Below are positions 13,885 to 25,920 of a stretch of DNA of 64,000 nucleotides, in pieces. The stretch is from Octopus sinensis (lineage: Eukaryota), in the NCBI RefSeq assembly GCF_006345805.1, contig NC_042997.1, forward strand, positions 121,520,001-121,584,000. The letters are read 5' to 3'. The notes below the pieces were generated by a model. The model saw only the letters and a list, made by a program, of their open reading frames with translations. It did not search any database and was not told where the DNA came from. Numbering within the stretch: position 1 is the stretch's first letter; the number at the start of each line of letters is the position of its first letter. The position numbers were made by a program, and so were the translations under genes.

Positions 13885-14062
13885 TTAACATCGAAAAATA
13901 CCTTAGGCATGAAAACCCAGGTTCGAAATTTCCCCCAAAACACCTGATGAAGGCTGGAGGGTATACCAGCCGAAATGTTGTGTTAACAACAAACAAGATG
14001 AGGACAAATATCTGTCAAATGTAAATAATTTACATAATTCTTCATCTCTTAGATATAGAACG
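13771..14062 (+). mobile_element. tRNA-headed SINE with hammerhead module (family H); the most intact copy
   Basis: Head GGGCATATGGCCGTGTGGTTAAGAGC..GAGTTCGATTCC, (AAT)n spacer, HHR at 13939-13984, tail ending ATCTCTTAGATATAGAAC. Possible 8-bp TSD TTCTATCC at 13765-13772 and 14067-14074. Confidence 0.85.
13939..13984 (+). ncRNA. Minimal type I hammerhead ribozyme motif
   Basis: Stem I AACAC/GTGTT; core CTGATGA at 13944-13950 plus an extra A; stem II GGCTGG/CCAGCC (6 bp); GAAA at 13972-13975; loopless stem III TGT and a GTT cleavage triplet. Folded by eye. Confidence 0.7.
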
Positions 14063-16233
14063 GTAGTTCTATCCATACTGTTGTGATTCTATCGGATTCA
14101 TGACTTCAGCCGTAATCTAGCGGTACCTCTTCTATTACTATTTTTTTTCTTTTCTTCATTTCTATTTTATCGCAACCCCTATAGTCAATGGAAGCGTCCC
14201 TTCCCGACCCTTCGTAGCTAGAAATTAACTCCACTGAAATTTTACTCAATCTTTTTCACGAATATCGAACTACAGAATATCAACATGGAAGTTTGAAACA
14301 TTGGATAATCTAGTTTAATCTAGCTGCAGTCAAAGAAAAAATATATATATATAAGGGTAGTTGTGGCTGCAATGCTTTTGTTTCGTTATCTTCTGGGTCA
14401 AAGCCCATCTGTGACAAAGCAACAACAATTAAAATAACAGCAAGCACATTTGTCTGATGATGGCTGAAAGTACGATGTACCTATATATTTCATCTTTATT
14501 CTCACACCTCTCACAAAAATATGTAAAAGAAAATTCAATATTTCTACTTTAAAATTTATCAAATGTGCGCAAAAAAGAATTTGCTAAGGTCGCATTGCAA
14601 TGCTAATTGCATTCTTATTTTTAAAGCAGCTCCTTAATTTAATAAAGATTTGTGAGCGTGAGCCCATCTGAAAGCTGAGGAGAGCTACTTTATTTCAAAA
14701 TTTTACCATAAAGGCATGACACAGAGTAGCTTGCGGGCTGGACAAAGACATTAAGGAGATGAATGATGAAAAAGGACGATATTGAAGGGAGAAGACAAAA
14801 AACGCCCGCCGAGTTTTTGCTTCTCTATTTCATTCTTCTTCTTTTTTTTTTAATACCTAAAAAAACAAAATGTGGTATTAAACCTCTTACTTTAGTTTTT
14901 ATAATTACAAAAAAAAAAGAACGCACAAAAATGAGATAATAAACCTCTTACACAGACTGAGACACCAAGTCTCTTCAATCATCCCCTATCAATTCTCTTG
15001 CCGCCTGCAGGCAATCCCTCAGCAGCAAGTCGGGACCCCAAAAGAGATAATTGTAATTTTCCTTCGAACAGGACTCCATTATTCGAAAGGACTTTCTCTT
15101 TCTTTTACCCCCAGCGTAGTCCCTGCGGAAGCCAATGCTGACTAACATTAAAGGTCGGTTCTATTAGGTCCTGACCTTCAAGACAATTCTCTATAAAGCT
15201 GTCTACAACCACTCCCTTAAGATAGAATACCACATATTCTTCGCTTTCACTGGGAGGGGCCACAGCTTCCTCTGTCGGTGGTAGCACGATACACTGTATA
15301 CCTCCAGCACTGTCCCATTCTTTTTGTTTCTTTTTCTTCTTTATCTTTGGTGTGAGAGGGGTTGGCTCCTTCGCCATAACCGTAGAAACCTCGCTTCCTC
15401 CCGCAACCTTGGGGATCTCTCGGAGAGCAACCGTTGTTGCTCCTTTTCTCCCCATTTTTCCGGGGTGGTCACTCCCTCCTCCCCGAGGAAAGCTACTTAA
15501 TAAACTTATACTGACGTGAATTATTTGAAATATCAACAGCTTCAGGTTACAAGGATGAGCTGGCTATAATAAAGCCATCAAATTCAGATAAATAGAAATA
15601 ATCTAACGCGAGAAAATACATAAAATACGTGAAAGTAGCTGGCATAATGATTCAAGTGTTGTATTAACGATCTGACAATTGCGGTTTCAATACGCAGACC
15701 GGTTGTGTGTTCTGTTCTTAAACAGAATACTTCTTGTCATTGGGCTCTAGTGTGCTCAGCTTTCAAGCGGGTAATCTTGCAACAGTCTGGCGTTCCATTT
15801 ACGGGGAATTTTAGCCTGCTTGGTTTGACAGTGGGGTAGCGTTATTCGAAAGTTGCAATAACGCGAAGAAGCGCTCTGTGGCCAGCGGTGTTTAGCTACA
15901 TCTGACAGTCTGATCGATGGCATTGAAACACAACACAAACAACAACCATTACAGTCACGGCCAAATGTTTGCAACATAGGTCAGAAAATTAGAGTTTTAT
16001 GTCATTTGCCCATATTTTTTATCTAATTTGCAAAAATATTACTTGGCCAAAATTTTGAAAATATGTCTGAGAATCAGAATATTTACATTAAATGCCCAAA
16101 TAAATACGTCGAATATATTTGAATCAAATGGTAGTTGGGCATAATGATTTTAATTTTTAAAAATATGTTCCAAATTTTGGACCACGTCTGTAAGTCCGAT
16201 TCGTAAAATATTGTTGTTTACTGATATATATAT

Positions 16234-16292
16234 GCCCACGGGCATATGGTGTAGTGTTTAAGAGCGCGGGCTACTAACCCCAAGATTAGTGT

Positions 16293-16375
<83 letters not shown>

Positions 16376-16456
16376 GTAATAGTAATAATAATAGTAATAG
16401 TAATAGTAATAGTAATATTAATAATAATAATAATAATAATAGTAATAGTAATAGTA

Positions 16457-16529
<73 letters not shown>

Positions 16530-16775
16530 CAACAACAACAATAATGCCTGTGAATTTCCGTGTGTAATCTGGGAATGCATACAATGAGCTTCTCTGCCCT
16601 AGGTGTACGGAAAACACTCGGCGAGAAACGGAAGAAATTTTGAAGAAAGAAGGAAAAAAAAGAATAATGATAACAACAGCAACATCAAAAAATACCTGAA
16701 GAATGAGAACCCAGGCTCGAAATTTCCCCAAGACACCTGATGAAGGCTGGTCGAATGTAAATAATGAGGAAATAT
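16234..16775 (+). mobile_element. Family H SINE with an expanded (AAT)n spacer, an internal insert and a deleted second half of the HHR
   Basis: Head GCCCACGGGCATATGGTGTAGTG; (AAT/AGT)n at 16297-16545; GACACCTGATGAAGGCTGG at 16732-16750 jumps directly to TCGAATGTAAATAAT. Confidence 0.8.
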
Positions 16776-16789
16776 ATATCGCTTTGCCA

Positions 16790-18100
16790 ACGAATATGGA
16801 GAACCTGTAAGTGGCCAAGGGAATGGAAGAGGTCAGTTTTCATCCCAATACCAAAGACAAGATATACCAAGGCCTAAGATATACCAACGCCTAAACACAA
16901 CTATTGAGAGAGAATTGCCAGAGGTGCAAGCTGGTTTCAGAAAGGGAAGAGGCACCCGCGATCACATCGCCAACCTACGGTGGATTATGGAAAAGGCAAG
17001 AGAATACCAAAAGAAGCTGTACGTGTGTTTCATTGATTACTCCAAAGCCTTTGACAGCATTGATCATGACAAATTATGGAAATGTCTGGAGGAAATGGGG
17101 ACACATTTACACCTTGTCCAGCTTATTAGATCACTCTATCAAAACCAAGAGGCTACAGTACGGACAACGTATGGCGACACTGATTGGTTTGAGATTGGGA
17201 AAAGCACTCGATAAGGTTGCATCCCGTCATCAGCAGCCTTCAACATGTACGCTGAAAAGGTCACGAGGAATGCAGACCTGGAGGATAGCAGCATTGGAGT
17301 GAGGATTGGCGGAAGAAATATTAATAACCTTCGCTATGCAGATGATACAACCCTGCTGGCGGAGAGTGGTAAGGATTTGGAGGATCTTGTCCTGCTGGTC
17401 AAGAAAGAGAGTGAGAAATTTGGGCTGTACCTCAATGTTAAGAAAACGAAGATCATGTCAACACCAGCCACAATAATCATCAGCATCAAGATCGATAATG
17501 AAGAGATCGAAGTGGTTGATGATTTCATCTTCCTTGGCTCCAAAATAAATCGAGATGGTAACTGCACTCCAGAAATAAGACGACGGATAGTACTCGGCAG
17601 AGAGGCAATGAGCAGGGTCTGGAAGAGTAGAGACATTAGACTCGCTACCAAATGCAGATTGGTGAATGCAATTGTCTTCCCAATAGCAACATATGGATGC
17701 GAGACCTGGACACTAGAGAAAGCTGACCAGAAGAGATTTAATGCATTCGAGCTTTGGTGTTGGAGAAGACTTTTACGGATTCCATAGACAGCGAGGCTCA
17801 CCAATGGAGAAGTTCTTAAGCAGATCAGGCCGAAAATGTCGCTAGAAACCATGATCACCAAACATTGGCATATTTCGGTCATATTATGCGGAGAAAATCC
17901 CTGGAGAAGAACATCATGCTCGGAATGGTCAGTGGCAAGAGAGGAAGAGGCCGACCAAGAACCCGCTGACTTGACACCATCAAGAGTGATACCGGAATGG
18001 ACATAGCCAATCTGAAAGAATCGGCCCAGGATAGAACTGACTGGAGGACACTGATCCAACGGGTAACCGAGAGTCGACTTCGACTGAGCGGATAGATAGA
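16790..18100 (+). mobile_element. 5'-truncated RTE-clade LINE (reverse transcriptase pseudogene)
   Basis: Encodes QAGFRKGRGTRDHI, FIDYSKAFDSIDH, NLRYADDTTLLAES, FIFLGS and YGCETWTL..R.NAFELWCWRRLLRIP, with in-frame stops near 17212 and 17785. Ends in a (GATA)n tail. Confidence 0.92.
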
Positions 18101-18148
18101 TAGATCATGCATACACACACACTTATACATGACACATGCACACACAAA

Positions 18149-18345
<197 letters not shown>

Positions 18346-18687
18346 AGTGTGTGTAAAGAATGGGTTCGAAACGCCCATGTAAGCTTAAAATAGATACTCA
18401 TCAAGTATTTCCACAAACTGGCCAATTTTAAACTCCAGCTTCCTCAACACGTTAAGAGTGCAGAAGTAGGAGAGACGGCTATAAATATGATCATCATCGA
18501 GCGGGGATGAAAGTCGAAAGACGAGAAATAACCAGGATAAGGAATGTATTTTTATGAACTTACACATGCAATTTACATAATGTAATCAACGGTTATCCTT
18601 CCAAATGTTTCGGATATTTGATGACCGGTTGATGCCGCCATGCATATCATGCAAAGAAGTCCAATACTGAGTCAATGTTTTAGGCAT

Positions 18688-18877
18688 TAAGTCGGCGAGC
18701 TGGCAGAAACGTTAGCACGCCGGGCGAAATGCTTAGCGGTATATCGTCTGCCGCTACGTTCTGAGTTCAAATTCCACCGAGGTCGACTTTGCCTTTCATC
18801 CTTTCGGGGTCGATTAAATAAGTACCAGTTACGCACTGGCGTCGATATTTTCGACTTAATCCGTTTGTCTGTCCTTG
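18688..18877 (+). mobile_element. SINE family A; single 3'-truncated copy
   Basis: TAAGTCGGCGAGCTGGCAGAAACGTTAGC..GACTTTGCCTTTCATCCTTTCGGGGTCG. Confidence 0.85.
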
Positions 18878-19241
18878 AAACATACCTCAAAGAAGACGTG
18901 GATATGGAACGCTCAGCATGCCAAGAGAAGATTATAAATGGGCATGTTTCTCGAACACTTGAAGTTGACACAATAATATCGACATGAAGTGTAACCTTTC
19001 TTAGAAACGCGATCTCTACGTTTCAACACACTCCGAAGGCTATGTTACAAATTATAAAAATACGAAAGAGCCAATGATGCCTTTTGATCCCCAACGTGCA
19101 ACCGAGTATGTCGATTATGCAACATTTCTGTGGAAGACGTCATACATGTGAACAGCAGATGCTAAAAATGTTGTTAAGGTAGTACTTCCTGATGCAACAT
19201 GGCGTTGTTGTTAAAACAATATACGATACCATCCGAAAATA

Positions 19242-20900
19242 TTGGGTTGTCCGGAAAGTTCGTGCCGATTTTTAAAGGAAAGAAAAAGGTCAACAAATAC
19301 TTGCCATTACATTTTTATTCAACCAAATATGAACCATTTTGTTGCACAATGCGTCTCCATTTTTCCTTTAACTTGAAAATACCCTCTTCCCAGAATTGAG
19401 GTGGTTTCATGGCAAAGAATTCATCGAGATATCTTTTTACGTAATCCAAAGAATTGAAATTTTTACCACTAAGACTATTCTGCAGAGACCTGAATAAGTG
19501 GAAATCCGAAGGAGCAATATCTGGTGAATATGGAGGGTGGGGTAACACATCCCAGCCGAGCTGCAGCAATTTTTGTCTGGTTCCCAAAGCATCAAGTGCC
19601 GAAAATGAACGTAGAACGTAGAACAAAATATAAATATTCATAAGCACACATATGTGCATCCACGTAACTCTTAATTTTAAATTTTAGACTTCGCTGTTTG
19701 ATCAAAATGTGATTATCTCCCTTACATTAACAAGTCGCCAAGGCTAAACATCCATGAACACACATGCGCGCGCGCATGTATTTATGTATTGGGTTGTCCG
19801 GAAAGTTCGTGCCGATTTTTAAAGGAAAGAAAAAGGTCAACAAATACTTGCCATTACATTTATAATCAACCAAATATGAACCATTTTGTTGCACAATGCG
19901 TCTCCATTTTTCCTTTAACTTGAAAATACCCTCTTCCCAGAATTGAGGTGGTTTCATGGCAAAGAATTCATCGAGATATCTTTTTACGTAATCCAAAGAA
20001 TTGAAATTTTTACCACTAAGACTATTCTGCAGAGACCTGAATAAGTGGAAATCCGAAGGAGCAATATCTGGTGAATATGGAGGGTGGGGTAACACATCCC
20101 AGCCGAGCTGCAGCAATTTTTGTCTGGTTCCCAAAGCATCAAGTGCCGAAAATGAACGTAGAACGTAGAACAAAATATAAATATTCATAAGCACACATAT
20201 GTGCATCCACGTAACTCTTAATTTTAAATTTTAGACTTCGCTGTTTGATCAAAATGTGATTATCTCCCTTACATTAACAAGTCGCCAAGGCTAAACATCC
20301 ATGAACACACATGCGCGCGCGCATGTATGTATGTATTGGGTTGTCCGGAAAGTTCGTGCCGATTTTTAAAGGAAAGAAAAAGGTCAACAAATACTTGCCA
20401 TTACATTTATAATCAACCAAATATGAACCATTTTGTTGCACAATGCGTCTCCATTTTTCCTTTAACTTGAAAATACCCTCTTCCCAGAATTGAGGTGGTT
20501 TCATGGCAAAGAATCCATCAAGATATCTTTTTCGGTCATCTAAGGAATTGAAATTTTTACAATTAAGACTATTCTGCAGAGACCTGAATAAGTGGAAATC
20601 CGAAGGAGCAATATCTGGTGAATATGGAGGGTGGGGTAACACATCCCAGCCGAGCTGCAGCAATTTTTGTCTGGTTCCCAAAGCATCAAGTGCCGAAAAT
20701 GAACTTTCTTATCTTCCATTTTAAAGGGTTACAGAATTAACACAGATTTTAGGAACATAGACCTTCTTCCACGAAAAGATAGCTTAAACTGTGCTCTAAA
20801 TGAGGTGTAGTCAAATCTTATTTTATGTACTCAACCATGTTCTAAAATAAGTCGAAAGCTAAGCTACTATAAATCGGCACGAACTTTCCTGACAACCCAG
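19242..20900 (-). mobile_element. Composite mariner: two 547-bp units (left TIR + transposase fragment + captured flank) followed by one complete short element
   Basis: Left TIR starts at 19242, 19789 and 20336; a single right TIR ends at 20900; TA flanks both outer ends. Three HPPYSPDIAPSDFHLF ORF fragments. Confidence 0.9.
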
Positions 20901-21957
20901 TAGATTCTCCTGAAATAAGCATAGACAACATTCATCTCGACGTTGAATACATTCGCAAACATCAGCACAAGGAATATTGGTTGACCATTCCTATTAAAAC
21001 TTCCACCAAGCGCAAATATAGAATTCTGGTGATCGTAGTTTGGGACAGTTAGGCAAAAATAAGTACTGTTGTAAATGTTAGTTTACGTTTTAGCTCTTCG
21101 AAAATCAAAGAGAAATAAGATAACTACCGAGAAATAAGATAACTGGTTTGAGACCTCCAGCTATATTATAAATTCACATTTATACCAATAACGTTTGGTG
21201 CATTTAGTTTTGTTTATATATATATCGAAGATCTGCGGACATTTACGTAAGTAAAGTTACGTAATATGTTAATAGTGAAACATGTATGTGAATAATCCAT
21301 ATTTTTATTGCTTTTCTTTTGTCTTGCTCGATTACGTTTTGGCTGTTTGCTAAATTTTTCTTGAGAGCATTTCTTAGTGGTAAGACCATAGCGGATCTAC
21401 TTCTAGCATAAGGGTTATCCACATAGGGATCATCTCTCTCATATGTATGTATACAGAAGAAGAAACCAGCGCGCTAGCACACATTTGAAATACAATCTGT
21501 AAACGAAAGAGTAGAAATATGCAAGCCTTTTTCTCAAATTCAAAAGAAGTTATTATTTTTGTTATTTATATTCCGATGATGGTACTTTGTATCCTTGTTA
21601 GTAACCAGTTCTTTTGTTTCAAGAAGTATTCGGATAATTAAAACTAGATGGGAACATACAAACAGGTAGAAATTACAAGTAAGACAATTGTACAACCCAA
21701 TATCAGTTTACAACATTCAAGTGTATACTTTATACATTGTAATTGAAAATGTTGATAGCTGTCTCAAGTCACTTACTGCAACTGATTACATTTTCTGCAA
21801 TTAGATGCAAAATAGAATTTCTGACAGTAATCAATATTTCCAGCTGTATTATATATACAATATAATATATTGTAAATGCATTAGATATCCAATATATTCT
21901 AATCAACCATTGAATACTACAAAGAAATTTACTTTTACATACGTACACATATGCATC

Positions 21958-21958
21958 A

Positions 21959-22035
<77 letters not shown>

Positions 22036-22037
22036 TG

Positions 22038-22079
<42 letters not shown>

Positions 22080-22260
22080 TATATATATATATATATATAT
22101 TATATTATATATATATATATTATATATATATATTATATATAATATATATATATAGATATAGATATATATACATACATATGGATATATATTTATGTAATAT
22201 ATATATATATGTATATATATATGTAAATATATATATATATATATATGCATATATATATAT

Positions 22261-22306
<46 letters not shown>

Positions 22307-22350
22307 CATATATATATATATATACATATATATATACATACATATATATA
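21958..22350. repeat. (CTAT)n-(CT)n-(TA)n compound microsatellite
   Basis: Direct reading of the sequence. Confidence 0.95.
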
Positions 22351-22437
22351 TAAAGTACGGATGCCTGATGAGTCGAAACTATTGTCGTAGTTCTAAATAA
22401 AGAATCTCGTGAAATCCATTTTCTGTGTCTCATCTTG

Positions 22438-22476
<39 letters not shown>

Positions 22477-22493
22477 TATAGATATATATATAT

Positions 22494-22567
<74 letters not shown>

Positions 22568-22703
22568 ATATTATTATATATATATATACTATATATATAT
22601 ATATATATATATATAACAAGATGAGACACAGAAAATGGATTTCACGAGATTCTTTATTTAGAACTACGACAATAGTTTCGACTCATCAGGCATCCGTACT
22701 TTA
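22351..22703. repeat. Perfect 90-bp inverted repeat around a (TA)n spacer
   Basis: 22351-22440 is the exact reverse complement of 22614-22703; the arms contain CTGATGAGTCGAAAC. Confidence 0.92.
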
Positions 22704-23139
22704 CAGGTATGATGCTGAACAACAAACTGTCATGCGATATACGTGCAAATGCGTCTCCTCACCTGATTTTTTAAATAAATACCATGTTTTTCACTTAATT
22801 CTATAACAATACTATTTAGTTATTGTAACATTTCATATGTCTCATTATATGAATTCCATTTTCTACATATAAACTCTACTGACACAAAGGAATTCTTGGA
22901 GCAAAACCAGAGGCATATACCTCCATACTGAATTTGACGGCAGGTAGCCGAATACTGTGGTCGTGCTTTAAACAACATACTACGAGGTGTCTCCTGGAAT
23001 ATAAAACAATTACCATATATATATACTTTTATACGTTTCAGTCTTAAGGCTGTGGTCATGCTGAGACATATATATATATATATATATGGGTATGAGTAAG
23101 TATATGGGAAGGGTATGAGTAAGTATCTCATTTATTTCT

Positions 23140-23208
23140 TTGCCACATTTATCACTGACGAAGGGAGGGTTCTTATGAACTAATCCTGAAATCGGTCCGA
23201 TATGGTAA
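23140..23208 (+). ncRNA. Type I hammerhead ribozyme, copy 1
   Basis: CTGACGA at 23155-23161; stem II AGGG/TCCT and GGTTC/GAACT with a TTAT loop; GAAA at 23188-23191; stem III ATCGGT (self-complementary with wobbles); GTC triplet at 23195-23197; stem I TATC/GATA plus TTGCCA/TGGTAA. The innermost stem I pair is an A-C mismatch. Confidence 0.72.
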
Positions 23209-23444
23209 TAATGGAATTTTTTTGAAATTTCTGTCGACCTTTTTTCAAGTACTGTGGTCGTGCTTTAAACAACATACTACGAGGTGTCTCCTGGAATATA
23301 AAACAATTACCATATATATATATAGTTTTATACGTTTCAGTCTTAAGGCTGTGGTCATGTTGAGACATATATATATATATATATATATATATGGGTATGA
23401 GTAAGTATATGGTAAGGGTATGAGTAAGTATCTCATTTATTTCT

Positions 23445-23513
23445 TTGCCACATTTATCACTGACGAAGGGAGGGTTCTTATGAACTAATCCTGAAATCGG
23501 TCCGATATGGTAA
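23445..23513 (+). ncRNA. Type I hammerhead ribozyme, copy 2 (identical to copy 1)
   Basis: CTGACGA at 23460-23466, GAAA at 23493-23496, GTC at 23500-23502. Confidence 0.72.
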
Positions 23514-23651
23514 TAATGGAATTTTTTTGAAATTTCTGTCGACCTTTTTTCAAGTACCGTGCGTATTGTGAAAAATTATAATGGTTATGGACAATGTGTC
23601 TAATTTCGGCATGTTTGGCATTAGAATTTTTTCGTTTGCTCTTTTTATAAG

Positions 23652-23734
<83 letters not shown>

Positions 23735-25608
23735 TGTATGTATACCAGCGTAAGCACACATAAATATGAAACAAGGTGGGAAAATAGAACGCATACATGC
23801 ATATATGTATATATATGTACGTATGTACATATAGATAGATAGCTGGATAGATAAATAGATCGATAGATAGATAATTTACAAATAAACAGACAAGCAAACA
23901 CACACAAAAGAGAAAGAGAACGCATATACTTTTATGAAACATTGCCCTTACACCTGCGAAATGCAACAAACGTTATTGTCATCAATAATGTTGAATGCTC
24001 TTTTAAAATCAACTACAAAACTTACTACAAAGACTCTGCCACATATATCCAGACATTAGAGAGATAAATAAAAAGAAAAGCGTATTTTTGGTCTATGCAG
24101 TAAAAATCAATGAGATTACGAAAATATATAATTTCATAATGATACCATATGTTCTGCCAACTCTGCATTTCAGATTTGCCAAGCATCACACACAAGTAGA
24201 GTAGTATTCCTTTCGTGCTTTCTTCGCTGTCTTCCTTTCCATTCTAACAAAAATATCTATTATTGATTTTCTTACATAATTTTCTTAGGTAGTTCAACGG
24301 GAAGTAAATTTTGTAAGATCTCGTATCTCACTGAATTTACGCTAGCTATGATCTGCTCTTCAGTAGAAATGATAATCATAAACATCTACAACATATTAAG
24401 TTTAAACATCAACTTTTGATAGGCTACGATGATTCACATCCTACGCTGAGAACGGTTTCATAATCTGGTTTATAAATGGAAAACTCGTCTTTCAACATAG
24501 AGTTCATAACTGCTTTATTTTCTTATGCAATGCAAAATGAGGTGAAGTAGGTGAAATATATATTATTACTAACTGGAACGTAGTAATAATGTTTTAAACA
24601 CGTTTCAACTTTCAAAACTTGTTCTGGTTTTCATCGATAAATGACTTGAGGCCGAAACGTCGCATCTCTTCTCACACTTATAGTAACTTTAAACGACGAA
24701 ATGAGAGAAGTATTAGAATATCAGATAAAAACATATCTTGCAGGATTTAATTCGATTCTTTTTGCGGGTTTTTGTGCTAAGTTCCCACTGAGATTAAGTG
24801 TGGTTTTCGTCAGTTCTAGTCTCGGGCGATAAACTTGCAGAATCATCACAGCGCCCAGTATGATGTTTTATGATACTTCTTCCGGTTATTCGTTTCACGA
24901 GCTAATACCTTACTGGGGTCAATTTAGTTAATCAATAGATTCCATTGCTCGGTTTTATACCGATACCTTCCCCTTCGTTCGAGTCCACTGTGTTGCAAGC
25001 GCATGGTTCAGGTCTCTAATTAGAGAATTCTTTCGTTGTTCCCACTAAACTTGGAGAAACACTCAAAAGAATGATTACCTTGCTTAACTCTCCTAACTAA
25101 AATTCAAAAATATTACACCCATTTAAACTACTTTGCTTTCTTTTGGTTGATTCGGTGCCGATGCCGCCCTCACAACTTATGACATGTAAACTTGCGTTTC
25201 TTTACGGCTTTGCAAGACGAAGACATGTAGCGCTTGTGACATTTGTAAATACATAGAGCAGAAACATAACGAAATATACCCAAAATAAACTGCAGATTTA
25301 GGAAAACAACTTATTCTTATATTGGACACCTAAAGGTGTCAACAGGAGTGGACTCTACTGAAAGTTTATTACTACCACCTGACCATTGGATATATTTTGT
25401 AGAGTCTACTCAATTGTAAGCATCCTGGTCAGATGCCCGGTTTGAGAATATCTTCTTCCCATCATTCTCGGATACTCTGAGAAATGTCAGTCAATAACCA
25501 AAAAGGTAGTGGCCATAAAGTAGATATCGAATTAGTTTTAACATCATCTAGAATTAGCCAGGAATTAAAATTAGTGGACGATACAAACAGTAATATTAAA
25601 CTAGCACT

Positions 25609-25920
25609 CCATCGATTACGGCGGCTACTGTTCCACTTGATTCGATCAACGGAACACTCTGCTCGTGGAACTAATCAGCAAGTGGGTGAGCACTCCACGG
25701 GAACGCGTATCCTTAACCTAGTTCTCAGGTAGATTCAGCATGACACAGAATGTGACACGGTTGTCCCTTTGAAATACTGTTACTACTAATTTTGCCAGCT
25801 AAGGGAACTGGAGCAACATGAAATAACGTGTCTTGCTCAAAGACAGCGTTCCATCAGGAATCAAACTGATACCCTTACGATTGTGAGACGAAATGCCCTA
25901 ACCACTAAGCCACGCACATT
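25609..25920 (-). mobile_element. tRNA-derived SINE family D
   Basis: Minus-strand head GCGTGGCTTAGTGGTTAGGGCATT; body GATCAACGGAACA..ACACAGAATGTGACA..CCCTTTGAA is shared with 38559 and 39013. Confidence 0.75.

Larger units (their letters stand above)
22953..23557 (+). repeat. Tandem dimer of ~300-bp units, each carrying a hammerhead (retrozyme-like or Penelope pLTR-like)
   Basis: Units start with TACTGTGGTCG at 22953 and 23250; they differ by a few substitutions and (TA)n length. Confidence 0.9.

Noticed and set aside
14450-14482. CTGATGA-TGGCT-GAAA-GTAC
   Set aside because: No stem II, and no properly placed UH site or stem I.
16048-16181. Weak inverted repeat (CCAAAATTT/AAATTTTGG; TGCCCAA/TTGGGCA)
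   Set aside because: Too short and AT-rich to distinguish from chance; possibly an old MITE.
17334-18059. 241-aa minus-strand ORF
   Set aside because: It is the antisense shadow of the RTE reverse transcriptase.
19242-23557. Tandem arrays (547-bp and ~300-bp units here; also the 184-bp SINE units elsewhere) as CRISPR arrays
   Set aside because: There is no short repeat with unique spacers and no cas genes; the context is eukaryotic.
24635-24668. GGCC-GAAACGTC, a minimal-HHR 3' half (also GAAACGTA at 63176)
   Set aside because: No intact CTGANGA upstream.
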